A DNA stretch of 64,000 bases from Eledone cirrhosa (Eukaryota), in NCBI GenBank assembly GCA_964016885.1, contig OZ024741.1:330956001-331020000 (forward strand), in the 5' to 3' direction. The notes under the pieces were generated by a model that saw nothing but the letters and a program-made list of their open reading frames with translations, searched no databases and was not told the origin of the DNA. Made by a program: the position numbers and the translations under genes. Each line of letters opens with the position of its first letter. The first letter of the stretch is position 1. Positions 1-14,045 of the stretch are shown here, one piece after another.

Positions 1-249
1 CAGAAATTCTGGAGTAAATGTTGCTAATTACACAAGAAATTCTGGTGCAAATGTTGCTAATTACACCAAAGGCTGAAGTGCCAACATTAACAACTAAGTT
101 GACATGGCCGCCTGCAGAATGTGTTCCTAGATCGTTAGAACTTTCCAGACTTGGCTGGGCAGAGTCAAACCATTACCATCTCTTCTCTATTTTTGCCTGA
201 TCTCAATTTGAATACTGTTACCCTGCTATACACAAACATACACATTATC

Positions 250-700
250 GGCATTTCACACCCATTTTTCCATGCTTGCTTTGGCTAGACGAGTTTTCCT
301 GCAAGGCTTTCCTTCACTTGTGTTTCTTTGTCATCTCTTCTGTAATGTTCAAGCATTTTGAGATCAGCTCTTACCACATCTGCCCAAGTCTTCTACTGCA
401 ACCTTCTTTCATTTCTTCACCCAATAATTATCCTCCATATGCATCACATGCCCATACCAGTACAGCTTTCTCTCTTGCACACTACATCTGATTCCTCTTA
501 TACTCAGTTTTTCTCTCAATTCATCTGTGCTGTAGTGTTCATGCAGATCCAACAGAACATGTTCGCTTCCTTTCTCTCCAACCTTCATATATTCTCTGCA
601 TTTACAGCCCATGTTTCACTTCCATGCATCATTGAACTTCTCATACAGGTATCATTGCTCATAGAGAAAAGGTCTTTGTTCTTGACAGAAGTAATACACA
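250..700 (-). mobile_element. Degenerate RTE LINE 3' fragment
   Basis: ORF 409..612 ELREKLSIRGIRCSVQERKLYWYGHVMHMED matches the C-terminus of the RTE at 29722-32894. Confidence 0.8.
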
Positions 701-1249
701 TACATATATTTATATTTTATACTTTCTTTCAGGTACAGAAAGCAGAGGGGCCATCCCCCTTCCTGTAATGTAACACATTTCAGGGCCAGCAACTGTTAAT
801 GTTGGCACACTGAAAGGTAGGTCTGGTGATACTGAAGATGTTTGAGCAAAGATGTGTAAATATGTACTGTGTAGAAGAGGTGAAATGTGGGGAGGGAGCC
901 TCAACTAGATCCCTCACAGGCAAAGCGCACAGATATAAGCTTTTCTGAGTAGATAACAATGATGAGGTAGGTAGAATTTGTAATTTACTGAGAGGTGGAT
1001 AGTTAGAGTATGTGTGTTTGTATATATATACATGCAGAGGAGATCCATCAGTGTAACCAATTCCTGAACACTGCCATAAAACTCACTAATTGTGTTCGTT
1101 CTGAAATGCAACCTATCAACTGCACACTTGTTATCCCATTGAGCTTGTGAGCTATGGCTGGTAGTCACTAAAATAAATTTGGTAACTTCTGTAATATATA
1201 TATATACATTCAGTCATACAGCCAGAAATTAAGGTTTTGCATTGAAATC

Positions 1250-1920
1250 AAAGCGTATTCAGGAAAAATTGGTGTCATCGAGGGAGTCATGGTGAACATC
1301 TGGAAGCAGTGAAATGTTTGTGGACTTTTTAAAAGCCTTTGACTATCTTCATGACAAAATGTATGAAGTTCTTCTCACATATAGGATAGCACAAAAAGTG
1401 GTATCAACAGTTATCACTCTTTATCTGATGGAGACCAATTTCTTCCAACATCACTGCAGGTGTCTTGCAAAGTGTTACAGTTACACCATTTCTATTTATA
1501 TAATGTACCTGGACTGTCCTTCACTCTTCAATGAACAAAATTTTAAAACTCGGCTTCACTAAGAAAATCCACCTCCAGTCAGCCACATTAATGGATGAGG
1601 ATATGCTGATGATATCACTCTCTTCTCAGACATATCAGAAGCTGGTCTTTATGGCAAGGCCTCAAAAGGTTGAATATATCTCACAAAAGCATCGGTTATT
1701 CTTGATGGCTTCAAGTGTCCTTTGGAAGTTATCACTATTAGAGGATCTTAAGAGAAGTTTCTTCCATGCCACTGTGAAATCAGTGCTTTTGTGTGGGTCC
1801 ACAGCCTAGACACTCACGAAACACCTTGAGACAAGGTTTGGTGGTCTTTATACCCAGGTATTATAGGCAATTCTGAATATTTCTTAGGAGCATCTGACCA
1901 ATCAAGATCTGTATGCCAAT
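1250..1920 (+). mobile_element. Degenerate non-LTR retrotransposon RT fragment (RTE-like, second family)
   Basis: FVDFLKAFD and FFHATVKSVLLCGS peptides with frameshifts; a related fragment lies at 59690-60170 (-). Confidence 0.7.
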
Positions 1921-3619
1921 CTGTTGATATTAGCTCCACGATTTCCTGCTCACACAGTATCCCTTTCATGCCATGGTTTTCCTACAATGTACAGCCATAG
2001 TCTTTTAATAACCGTTACACCTGCCAATCACTCTACCATCATACCCTGACTTAACCTGAACAATAACAGATATTAATAAAGAATTGACAAAGATCCAGAT
2101 CCACAACTCTGACAAATTCTTGATTGAGAGAAACAACTATTCCTATAAGGGTTACTTTTTAATAAATTGGTATGTATATATATATATAAATACACACACA
2201 CATACACACACAGATATACAAATATATATACATACATACCATCATAGGGGGTTTCTTGGGAGTTTTAATAACAAAGAACCCAGTTCTATCATGTTTTTGT
2301 TGTAACAGTTCATACGTATGTAGGTTTAGCTGTTCTTTTGTGTGGGTGCATCTCATAGGTTTCTTGGGTGTTTTAATGATAGGGACTGCAGTCCTATCAT
2401 GTAAATGTAGAAGGGTTTGGATTTTTACATCGAAACCAGTGAGTAAACTTGTAATTTTCATCAATAAGAATGACACCACCACCACTTCCAATACTTCCTC
2501 CTCCACCACTATCAACTCTCACCTCCCATACCCATCACCAACACCACTTCCCATACCCTCCTCATCGTCAACTCCCATACTCCCTCCACCACCACCTATA
2601 ACAACATCACCTCCAGCACCACTACCACCATCAACTCCCCCAAAGACAGACAAACCAGTCAAAAGAATATATATTGTTTGTATGGTTTTTACTTTTAATT
2701 TAACAACAAAAATGTAATAAAAAAAGGGACAAATCAATTACTTGAATAAATAAGTTAATTAAAAAGATGAATAAAAAAATAAACTAAAGATAAAGGGAAA
2801 GAAAATAGAATTTGGGGGGATTTTCAAGGGTATCAACTGATGCAAGGTTTTTTTTTTTAATTTATAAACTTTTTTCACAAGTTTTTAGAAAAATTATAGT
2901 TTAAAATTTTTTTTTTAATAAATTAAATATTTATTATTCCAAATTATATTTTTATGGTCTCTTTCCAAGTATAAATTAGAACTGAATGAATAAATTAGCA
3001 AAAACATTGCAAAATATAATATATACGTTGAAAAATGAAGGGAAAATAATTGTGTGTGTGTTTGTGTTGTATGTGTGTATTTATTTCTCTCATTTGTCAG
3101 TGTTTGTGTTTTTTTTATCTTCATATAAAATGGCTATTTCAGAGTGGGGAATGGGGGAAACAAAAACAAACAAAAAAAGAAACAAAAAATATAACTAGAA
3201 AATGCAATTTGACTTCAAAAACAATGAGAGTTGTTGGGTTTCTTCTAGGGGAGGTGGAGGAGCTTATAAGTACCTCAGACATTGAAATAATAACATAAAA
3301 TATATAAAGATTTGATACATGAACAACTGATTTCACAATGACAGAGATTAACTAGAATTCTGAGGAAAAAAAAAAAATCACAAATATTTATAAAAAATAA
3401 AAGTAAAAAACTAGAAAGGAGTTTATAATGAAATTTTTTAAAGGTGTTGGTATTTAAATCACATTTAGTTTAAAAGAAAAAAAAAACAATGTCACAGAAG
3501 CTCAAGTAAAAAGTGAATTGTCAGAGTGCTGAGTTTACACAGAATTTGGATGTAGACAGAAAATTGTTTTTAAAACATCACAAAAGAAATTTAAAAAAAA
3601 ATACAAAAAGAAGAAGAGT

Positions 3620-4583
3620 GAAGGTGGACTGATAATATAACATACACAGGTGACCTAATAATATAACATACACAGGTGAACTGATAATATAACACATTGG
3701 TGAACTGATAATGTAACATAATATACACAGATGAACTGATAATATAACACACACAGGTGGACTAATAACATAACATACACAGGTGGACTGATAATATAAC
3801 ACACACAGGTGGACTAATAACATAACATACACAGGTGAACTGATAATATAACATACACAGGTGGACAGATAATATAATATACACAGGTGAACTGATAATA
3901 TAACATACACAGGTGGACTGATAACATAACATACACAGGTGGACAGATAATATAATATACACAGGTGGACTAATAACATAACATACACAGGTGGACAGAT
4001 AATATAATATACACAGGTGAACTGATAACATAACATACACAGGTGAACTGATAATATAATATACACAGGTGGACTGATAACATAACATACACAGGTGAAC
4101 TGATAATATAACATACACAGGTGGACTGATAACATAACATACACAGGTGGACAGATAATATAATATACACAGGTGAACTGATAATATAACACATTGGTGA
4201 ACTGATAATGTAACATAATATACACAGATGAACTGATAATATAACACACACAGGTGGACTAATAACATAACATACACAGGTGGACAGATAATATAATATA
4301 CACAGGTGAACTGATAATATAACATACACAGGTGAACTGATAATATAATATACACAGGTGGACAGATAATATAACATACACAGGTGGACAGATAATATAA
4401 CATACACAGGTGGACTGATAATATAACATACACAGGTGGACTGATAACATAACATACACAGGTGAACAGATAAATTAAAACACAAGTAGTGTAACATATA
4501 ATACACAGGCAGACTGATAACATAATATATACAGGTGGACTGTATACACATGAGGATAGATAACATAATATACACAGGCAGAC

Positions 4584-4590
<7 letters not shown>
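3620..4590. repeat. 26-bp minisatellite (ACACAGGTGGACTGATAACATAACAT), about 36 units
   Basis: Period 26 read directly (e.g. 3751 and 3777); a variant block recurs at 3691 and 4188. Confidence 0.95.
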
Positions 4591-4619
<29 letters not shown>

Positions 4620-5438
4620 CAGGTAGACAGTTGGACTAAGAAAATGGTCATATCTTTTGACTAGGCATGAAGTCAAATTTGGTAGAAAAAGGAGAGGAGA
4701 ATGAAGTAGAGGATATAATAACTGGCACTTATTTTATCAATCTCAGAAAGAAGACAAAGCACAGTAAAGATAGCAGTTGAACCTGGAATAGAAAAGGACA
4801 TAAATAGAATTTAGTCCACTGTTCTACTATTTCTGCCAATTTGGTATCCCTTGAAAAGATTGGCTATATTAAATTAGAATAAATAATTATTTTAATATAA
4901 ACACACACATATAGAAAAATAGAAGCAAATGCCTATTTAAAAATTGTTTTTTCTTATCAATTAGTATTTTTTTTTTTGTTGCTTTCCTATTGAAATGATG
5001 GTCTTGTTTGTTGAATAACCAGTGGTTAGTAAAAGAAGCAAATTTAGTCTTGTGGTGAGTGGGGGATGACTAGAGTATTACAATAGCTGTACATTGCCCA
5101 TCTTAATGGCAGCCACAGTTCACTACGAGGAGGAACTATCTGCCAAATATAAAAGTAAAATTAGATATATTTTAAACATACAAATTTGACAAAGAAACCA
5201 TATACCTTTAGGTATCTTCACAATAATAATAATAAGATGAAATATGAAGCAACTAATAATCTTCAGTTTCCTTTACATTGATAATGAAAATAGGTTAGAA
5301 TCAACTTGTACACCAACTGAAACAAGCTATTAATGTGAACTGAATGGACGCAACTGAATAAATATACATATATATATATACACATAATATATAAATGTGT
5401 GCATATATAATAGATACATACATACACACACACACACA

Positions 5439-5483
<45 letters not shown>

Positions 5484-6107
5484 AAATCAAAAGATTTTCT
5501 CTAACATGGAGGAGAACGAGTATAAAGTTCATTTTAAGAATCTATATTAAAAGAAGGTGAAAAGTGTTGCATGAAAGGATAAAATAGCTCAAATGCTAGA
5601 GGTTAGTTTCTAAAGAATCAACTTGAAAGAGGTCAAAATATGTAAAAATGACAATTGTAGATTTGAAGCAAACCAATTGACTCGGTGAATACAGAAAACT
5701 GTTGTCAGATATGTAACTTTCTTGATGATCAGGAAAGTAGCATAAATATATGACACAGCTTGTGATATTTTATATATATATATATATATATTATTAGCAC
5801 AGATTAAAAGTTTAAGTAAACAATATCTGCTTTCACCCTATATATATATTTATATATAAATATAAAACTAAGGGACGATGCTAGTCTGATGTAATTGATA
5901 TAGCCTCAATCATTTAATTAAGTTTATATTATTAAAATACAGATCCAACAACTAGTATGGACACTTATGTTAGTGAAAAAAAGCAACTTTGTGTGGATAG
6001 GAAATTGAAGTTTCAATTTTTCTGGTGTGTGTGTGTGTGTGTGTGTTGTGTGGCTCTGATACCATCAACACTATAAACACAGAGCTGGCATATCTAAGAA
6101 CTGACTA

Positions 6108-6163
6108 ACTGCCTGATGAGGTCATAGCCATTCAATGGCTATCATCGAAATATATATAGCAGT
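6108..6163 (+). ncRNA. Minimal type I hammerhead ribozyme motif (Penelope-like element type)
   Basis: actgc CTGATGA ggtcatagcca-ttcaa-tggctatcatc GAAA tatatata gcagt: stem I actgc/gcagt, stem II with 7 contiguous bp, palindromic stem III, followed by aataaa. Confidence 0.65.
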
Positions 6164-6282
6164 AAATAAAGGCTTATGAGTTCATGCAATTGACTTATGT
6201 TTCGTCACTAAATATATATATATATATATATATAACCCTTATTGAGTTCTCTCTGGATTTTGGTCTTTGTATTTATTATTAC

Positions 6283-6353
<71 letters not shown>

Positions 6354-8029
6354 CTTAAGTACATTAGTTAGAATGGCTGAGTAGAAAACGAGACTTCATT
6401 ACAGAGTGAAACATTTCAGGATCCCTATTTGGTGTTTTAATTTTCTTTGTTCCTTAAATAATAGGTACCAAAGCCTTTCAGCAAATAAAGCATGCAGAGA
6501 AATATATTAAGAAAATGTAAATATTTCTATGTTATTTTTTTTTTAATGGTAGGGTTTCATAGTGACAAAAAACAAAAAAAAAAAATCTACCCTTGGCTAA
6601 GTAGTATAAGTAGTAGGAAACATTCTCATATGATTTACCAGTTTCCAGCAGCTTGATGAAGTAAATTGCCTAAACACACAGTATAATATTTGCAGCAGAC
6701 TTGCAAGTTATCATTTAAGACATACTGTCTTTACTAACTTACAGCAATGAAGTGACAAGCTGCTACGTTTAACTTAGAAAGAGCAGAACCTCCAATTGTC
6801 TTGGAAACCAAGATATTTGGTTGTATAGTTGTGAAGAATTACAGAGCACTAACACACCAGTTTTCCCCCTCTCGAATCAATAACAGATCATGTTCTCAAG
6901 CAACTGAACAAGAGCCACAAAATATAAACATCTACTACTCATATACACACTCATCTATTATATATAGAGTGACAGCTATACATATATATAGCTGTAAATA
7001 TATAGTTATATATACACACTCCTGCATATATTTATATACATAGTGATAGCTATACATATAGTTGAGGATATACAGTTACATATATATATGTACACACACA
7101 CACATCTATTACACATATAGAGGGACAACAGCTATATATACATACATATTTATAGCTGAAGATATACACAACCAGTGAAGCCAGAGAAAATGCCCCCATC
7201 CCCATCTTTAGTTTTTACCCACCTTTGATATAAAACAACAAGAACAACAATAAAAGTATCTGTTATAGAGGGAGAGGGACTGAAATAATTAAACAAAGTT
7301 GTTATTAGCTATGAAAAAGAGGAAGAAATATGCAATGGATAACAATCATGGTGGAAAGACTTGAATTCAACAAAGCATCTAGTCTAGGAAAATTGTCATT
7401 TGACATGAAAAAGTAGCTGGCAAAAATGTTCAAGAAGACAAAATAGAAAAGAGGTATTCTAGTTTAACAAGAGGCCCAGTATGATGTAACATTGAAGTAA
7501 TCAATTGCTTTGATGTGGTTTCTCTGACCCGTCTAATTACGGATTGTGACAACCCGTCCAACCCACATCAGCCTGGAAAACAGACGTAAAATGATGATGG
7601 TTTTGTAGTTAAATACACACCAAAATGACCATACACATTCCATCAAGGTAAATACTGACTGTAGTAGGTAGATGTCACAATGATAATTTCTTGAGTTATG
7701 AAAAATTAGAGTTTTGTGGTATTTGTGCCTTGCCAAAGAGCAATAATAACATTTTAAGTGATGTTGCTTCAATTGTAAATTGAAACTGAGTTGCCTATTT
7801 CATGTGAAAAAAACTCATCATTATATCATGCCAGAAAATATGGATATAATAATGGTTTCTAACTTTATCAGAGGCTAGAAGTATATATAAGAGGTATAGT
7901 TCATTGAATCAAACAATCTTAATATATTACTGGTACTTATTTTATCAATCCTACTCAGAAAGTTATAAGCAAATCCTGCAAAGAATTAGGTTCTGCTCTT
8001 TTCCACATGTTACTCAACAGGCATATTAT

Positions 8030-8185
8030 ATTGGCCCCAGTACTTAACTGGTACTTTATTTTATCAACTCCAAAAGGATGAAAGGCAAAGTTGACCATAG
8101 TGGGATTTGAACTCAGAATGTAAAGAACCAGAAAAAATACTGCAATGGCGTTTCATCCGACATTCTACCAATTCTGCCAATCCAT
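8030..8185 (-). mobile_element. tRNA-derived SINE with Deu/Nin-like central domain
   Basis: Reverse complement of ttctgagttcaaatccc..ggtcaactttgcctttcatccttttggagttgataaaataaagtaccag; same family at 25340-25480, 26580-26700, 47560-47770 (-) and 46110-46290 (+). Confidence 0.75.
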
Positions 8186-10289
8186 AATTTGTTCTCCACA
8201 GCTATAATAAAAATGATAATGGTAATTAATAATAACAATTTCTCACATTGGAACAAAGCCACAATTTTGAGAGGAAGTGTGTAGTCAATTTAATTACCCC
8301 GCTCATCACACTATTTATTGTTTCTGGAAGAACGAAAAGTAAAGTTCACTCTGGATTTGCTAATTGCTCTTTGCCAATTTTCCCATCTCCTTGCCTTTCT
8401 CTAATAATAATTTCTTATATAGGCAAGCAGCCTTATGTAAGTTTCAAACTAAAACATTCCACCATAATTTTATGTAAGAACCATTGCTAGATTATGTCCC
8501 AAACACTAGTTTAATAATGAGAAAGTTAGTTATATTACTAAATTCTTCCAAGTTTTTTTATTATTTTCAAAATTATTTGAAAACTAATTAGGAATATTTT
8601 AATGAAATAGATAATTAAACATTATTATTTTACCTATAATTAGATTAACAGAATCTGTAGAGTAATGGACAGAAACATATTGTAGTAATTTAGTTATGGT
8701 CCATTTAAAATCTGAGGTAAAATTGTGCAGAGGTCACCTTTATTTTTACACTTCTGAGCTTGATGAAATACAAGTGAAGGACTAGACTGGATATATTTAA
8801 TTATAATTATTAGGAAAATATTTGTAGATGGTAGGCAGCGTTAGATTTGAAGCTTTACAGTATGCAAAGGTTAGTGTCTCATTGTTCTGAGTTCAAATCA
8901 ACCTGGAGCTGATTCTGCCTTTTACCATTACAAGGAATCTAGTACCAGTAATATACTATAGCAGTAATATAATAAGCATTGGTGTAGTGAAAATACTATC
9001 ATTATTATAATTTCTTTGTTCCGTCTGATATCTTAGATATATAAATATATTCTATGAATATTATTAACAATATAAGTGAAGCAGAAAATAATTTCATTAG
9101 AAAATTCAATGATAAAATTCTTTAAATTTAATTTTCTATACAAATAGATGTTTAAAATGGTAAATCTCTACAAAGAATACTAATTCAATGACAAAATGAA
9201 TTCACATTCAAATATAATCTAGGGAGATTTAAATATTTTAGTCATACACACATACACATATAACAAACTCTACATGTGTTGCCCACAAGCATGCATTGAG
9301 CACTTGAATATTTTTATATATAAAATCATAAGCATATGTAAGATGTGATATAACACTATTCTGCAGTGAAAAACACCAAAGAAGACGATTTTTAGCTTTC
9401 AGTCAGTCAGACCCTCCAGTCTTTAGCAGAGAACAATGACTTTGAAGTTGGCAACTACACAATGTGCCAAGCTATAGAATAAACAAGACACATTGACAAA
9501 TTGAAATAAGCTGTAATAAGTTGAAAATAATATATCAAGTGTTGAAAGTTACACTCACTATCCTTTTAGCTCTCAGAGTTTCTAAGTAGATATTGGTGGG
9601 GATAAGGGTGGGGTAGGGTGGCACTTAAAGATAGGTGTGATAGATGTGAGGGTGGGAACAGGGGACTTGTGTAGAAACAACACAGTATTGAACAGTTAAG
9701 GAAGAACATTTAAAAAACTGGACACTATATAACATTAGTAGCACATACACTGAAATATGTAACTAGTGTCTTGTAATGTTAGAGACAGACAGACACACAA
9801 ACACACACATTGAAATATGTAATTGGTATCAAATATGAATTCTAATTTTTTTTTAATTCTAGATTCTAGAGAAAGTTTTAAAATTATATTTAGTTGTAGA
9901 AATTTCAAATGTTGATTTTTTCATTCAAAGAAATTTTTTTAGGTATTCAACTTTTATAGTTTGAAATATAATTTTGAAGAGGACGGGAGAAAATAGTTTT
10001 GCCCTATTGATTTGAAATTTAATAAATTTAAAGAACTAATTACACCATCAAACACTAACTAATATGCTACTAAATAGAGGAAGGAAGCAGATAAAATCAT
10101 TTCTGAAGTTTAAAGCAGTTCACAAATCCTAGTGGTTCATTAAGTTGGTATCAGCTCTAGAGTTGATCACAAAAATGCTTCAGTAGGGTAGGGTACTAGT
10201 CCTTTGCAGATAATTTGTCCAGAAAAAGTGAAATTAAACACAATTGATTCAGTGATACAATGAAACACTTGCAGTGGGATATGAACTTA

Positions 10290-10565
10290 ATACTTAAAGT
10301 GGAGGGGTTTCATACCATATTCATCCATGATATATCTACTTAAAGTAGAGAGGTGTGACATCACATTCACCCATGCAGTAACTATCTAAAGTGGAGGGGT
10401 GTGATATCATATTCACCCATGATACATCTAAAGCAGTGAGGTGCGATATCATATTCCTCCATGAAGTATCTGTCTAAAGTAGAGTGGTGTGATATCATAT
10501 TCACCCGTGCTGTATCTGCCTAAAGTGGAAGTGTGTGATATCATATTCACTTATGCTGTATCTAT
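10290..10565. repeat. ~44-bp tandem repeat (CTAAAGTGGAGGGGTGTGATATCATATTCACCCATG...), about 6 units
   Basis: Repeated taaagtggagg / gtgatatcatattcacc blocks. Confidence 0.85.
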
Positions 10566-12064
10566 TAAAACAAAACTAAAGAAAATATACAAAGCTGATA
10601 TTCCACAACGAATTGGGAATAAAATTGTTGCTTATCAGTTGACATCAACTGATAATTAACATAAAGAAAACAAGGCTGTGCTCCAGCATGGCCACAGTCG
10701 AATAACTGAAACCAGTAAAAGAGTAAAAGAATAAGATACTAAAAACTTAGCAAAAAATTTCCATACTCAGCCTAGTGTGGACCATGAACATAAATTGCCC
10801 CCTTTTCTTAAGATAAGCAAAATCTCAAGTAGTGTCTGCTTGAGTGTCAATAGTGAGTGTCATGCCTGGACTACATCACATCTCTCGATGAAGCTTAAAT
10901 GAAGATGTTTATTAGGGAAAAGCAAATAATTGCAAAAATATAAAAAAACAACAAGCAAACAAACAGCAGAAACTAGAATTCTGAGGACAATCTTGCAGGT
11001 TTAAATAGGGAAGGAGCAGTGTGTTATAGAAATAACAAAAATCATCTTATTCCAATAAAAAAATAGATTATCTATAAGGTTAACAGCAACAACAACAACA
11101 ATACCACCAATATAGAAGAGTTTGTCTACTACTCCTACCAGTAGAGGGAAATCATTAAAAAAAAGCCACTCTTAATTCTATAATTTGTAGAATAATGAAG
11201 CTATGAAGACATGTAAAAAAAACATGCAATCAGTAATATTGATGAGAAAAGCCTGAAAATAATTAAGCCAAGCTTATTGGATATCACACCAACACTGATT
11301 TTATTGCTGAATATATTTAGAATATCCCTGATGTAGCATTTCCTCTAAGCTATGCAGGTGCATGGTGGTGCACATCAAAATGTTGCCACTTAGTAGCTTT
11401 GAATCTTAAAATATTTTTGTTCAAAGCATCAAATGTTCCACTGAGTGGTTGGGAAAAAATTGAGGGAACGTTGCTAAAGACCCTTTTAACATATTAGTGA
11501 CAGTGTTAATCTTATGTTAAGGATTTCAGACTTAAGTAAGAACTCTACAGCCAGGACCATATTTAGACCTTTGGGGGCCCAGGGCAGTTCAGGTTTGGGG
11601 AGCCTGCTTCCAGAATGCCTGCTTCATCTAATATTTGATTAGGAGCCAGGTTATGTTAAGATACTAAAATGTTACGAGTTAGAATTGCATGTAATACATT
11701 TGATGGCTCTAAGTGCAGTTGAAAACAGAGATAAAATAGCTAGATGGATTAACATTTAGAACTAGACGACTAGTCACCAGAAAATAGCAAAATATTCCAG
11801 ATCACTATAAGTTAATTAACACATGAGTTGTTAATTAACACATGAGTTGCTAATGAACAAGGGCTTATGCCTTCATTTACTGAAATCCTATAAACATTGT
11901 CAGTGGGCAACATAGCTAGAGTAAATATATATATATATATTCATTGCTTGCTTTAGCTTAATGTCTCTATGGAGTCACATCTCTTGGGAGGGAGAACACA
12001 GCACAGAACATGACTGCTTATATTAACTTCAGGCATATTTATATAATGTGTGTGCATGTGTGAA

Positions 12065-12380
12065 GGAGTATGGCTTAGTGGTTAGAGTTTAGGCTCACAA
12101 TAATAAATTTGTGAGTTCAATTCTAAAGTTGTGTGTCGTGTCGTGTTGTGTCCTTGAGCAAAACACTGTATTTCACGTGACTCCTGTCCACTCAGCTGGA
12201 AAAAAAATGAGTTGCGACAACACTGGCACCAAGCTGTGTTGGTCTTTGCCTTTATTCCCTTGGACAACATTGCTGGCATGGAGAGGAGGAAGACTGCTGG
12301 TCTTCCACAATAACACCTTGCGCAGGCTTGTAGCTTGGAGAGAAACTTTTCAGGTAAAAACCCATGGTTAGTCATACATA
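12065..12380 (+). mobile_element. tRNA-headed CORE-like SINE
   Basis: A-box tggcttagtggtt, B-box gagttcaatt, core gtgtccttgagcaaaacact; related copies at 21510-21770 (+), 15340-15455, 28860-28980 and 48120-48250 (-). Confidence 0.75.
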
Positions 12381-12931
12381 AACACACACATATATACACA
12401 TACTAGATGAACATACTAGATAAATAAGTGGCTATATAGATAAAATCTGGGCGAAAATTTATAAATATGATTATTTGGATGGGTATTGGGTCGACAGCCT
12501 TGACTAAACAACATACAATTTAAAAGAAACAGGGTGTGGGGGTGGGAGGTTACATAAGAAAAATTAGAAAAGTGAACGGAAAATGAAATTTGATTGTTTA
12601 AAAAAAGAAACTTCACTGTCAAAAAATTAGTAATACATCATTTTTGTTTAAAAAAAATAAAATAAATAAAAAAATAAAAAACAGCTTTACATGAAATGAT
12701 TGAAAACTCCTCCCAAACAGTAACCTATGTCCGGTGTCTCTGAAATTAAGCTCTAGAGACACACTTCATCCCTTTAACTTTTGGGGATGGGTGGGGGTGG
12801 GGTCTGGGTTTTTTGTTTTCAATATACCAACACCTGATCTTTTGTTTATTTTTTCTTAGAAAGCTTACCACAGTTCCTCCTCACAATCACTAAATAAACA
12901 ACCCAATAAAAACAGAGTTATCAAACCATAC

Positions 12932-13184
12932 TTGTGTGTGTGTATATATATATATATATTATATACACTCATACATACACACGTCTATATATATACATAC
13001 ACATATATACACACACATATATACATACACACACACACATACATATATTATATGTATATATATGTATATATATATATATATATACATACATATATGTGTA
13101 TATATATATATATATACACATACATATATGTGTATATATATATACATACATATATGTGTATATATATATATATATATACATACA

Positions 13185-13218
<34 letters not shown>

Positions 13219-13228
13219 CATACATATA

Positions 13229-13260
<32 letters not shown>

Positions 13261-13266
13261 CATACA

Positions 13267-13326
<60 letters not shown>

Positions 13327-13328
13327 CA

Positions 13329-13376
<48 letters not shown>

Positions 13377-13378
13377 CA

Positions 13379-13420
<42 letters not shown>

Positions 13421-13655
13421 TATACACACATACATACATATATTATATGTATATATATATGTACACATGTACACACATTAAATGTGTATATATATTTATA
13501 TATATATACATATATATATACACATACATACATTGTGTGTGTGTGTATACATATATATATACATATACACACACACATATATATATATGTATATGTACAC
13601 ATGTACACACATTAAATGTGTATATATATTTATATATACATATATATATACATAT

Positions 13656-13700
<45 letters not shown>

Positions 13701-13802
13701 CATACATTATGTGTGTGTGTGTATACATATATATATACATATGCACACACACATATATATATGTATATAGAGAGAGAGCGAGAGAGAGAGCGAGAGAGAG
13801 AG

Positions 13803-13836
<34 letters not shown>

Positions 13837-13875
13837 ACACACACATATATACACATGCACACACACATATATACC
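12932..13875. repeat. Compound (TA)n/(CA)n/(GA)n microsatellite
   Basis: Direct inspection. Confidence 0.97.
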
Positions 13876-14039
13876 CTTTGCATTTTTTTTCTTTTTTGAC
13901 TAGATATAAGCAATGTAGCAAATGATTTAGAAAGGGGAAAGAAGAGAGCAGGATAGACATAAAGGGTTTTAAGTAGTTTCAGAGTATTGTATATCAACCT
14001 TTGGTTGCCCTGCCCTCTTAAGTTAAACATCTGGTGCAC

Positions 14040-14045
14040 TTTATT
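14040..14045 (-). promoter_or_regulatory. Candidate poly(A) hexamer AATAAA of the CPEB 3' UTR, with CPE-like UUUUUAAU (14111-14118) upstream and an overlapping miR-92 8mer site
   Basis: Plus strand tttattgcac reads GUGCAAUAAA on the mRNA strand; U-rich CPE-like motifs lie ~65-145 nt upstream. AT-rich background makes chance occurrence possible. Confidence 0.35.

Noticed and set aside
2256-2737. Pro/Thr-rich ORF (+) and Gly-rich ORF (-)
   Set aside because: Low-complexity (ACC/CCA) tract joined to a repeat unit; no splice context or homology.
3578-4676. 200-300 aa ORFs and a CRISPR-like periodicity
   Set aside because: Pure 26-bp tandem minisatellite with no unique spacers; eukaryotic context with no cas genes.
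12065-12130. tRNA-like A/B boxes (also 21510, 46110)
   Set aside because: They continue into SINE body sequence and do not form a cloverleaf; these are SINE heads, not tRNA genes.
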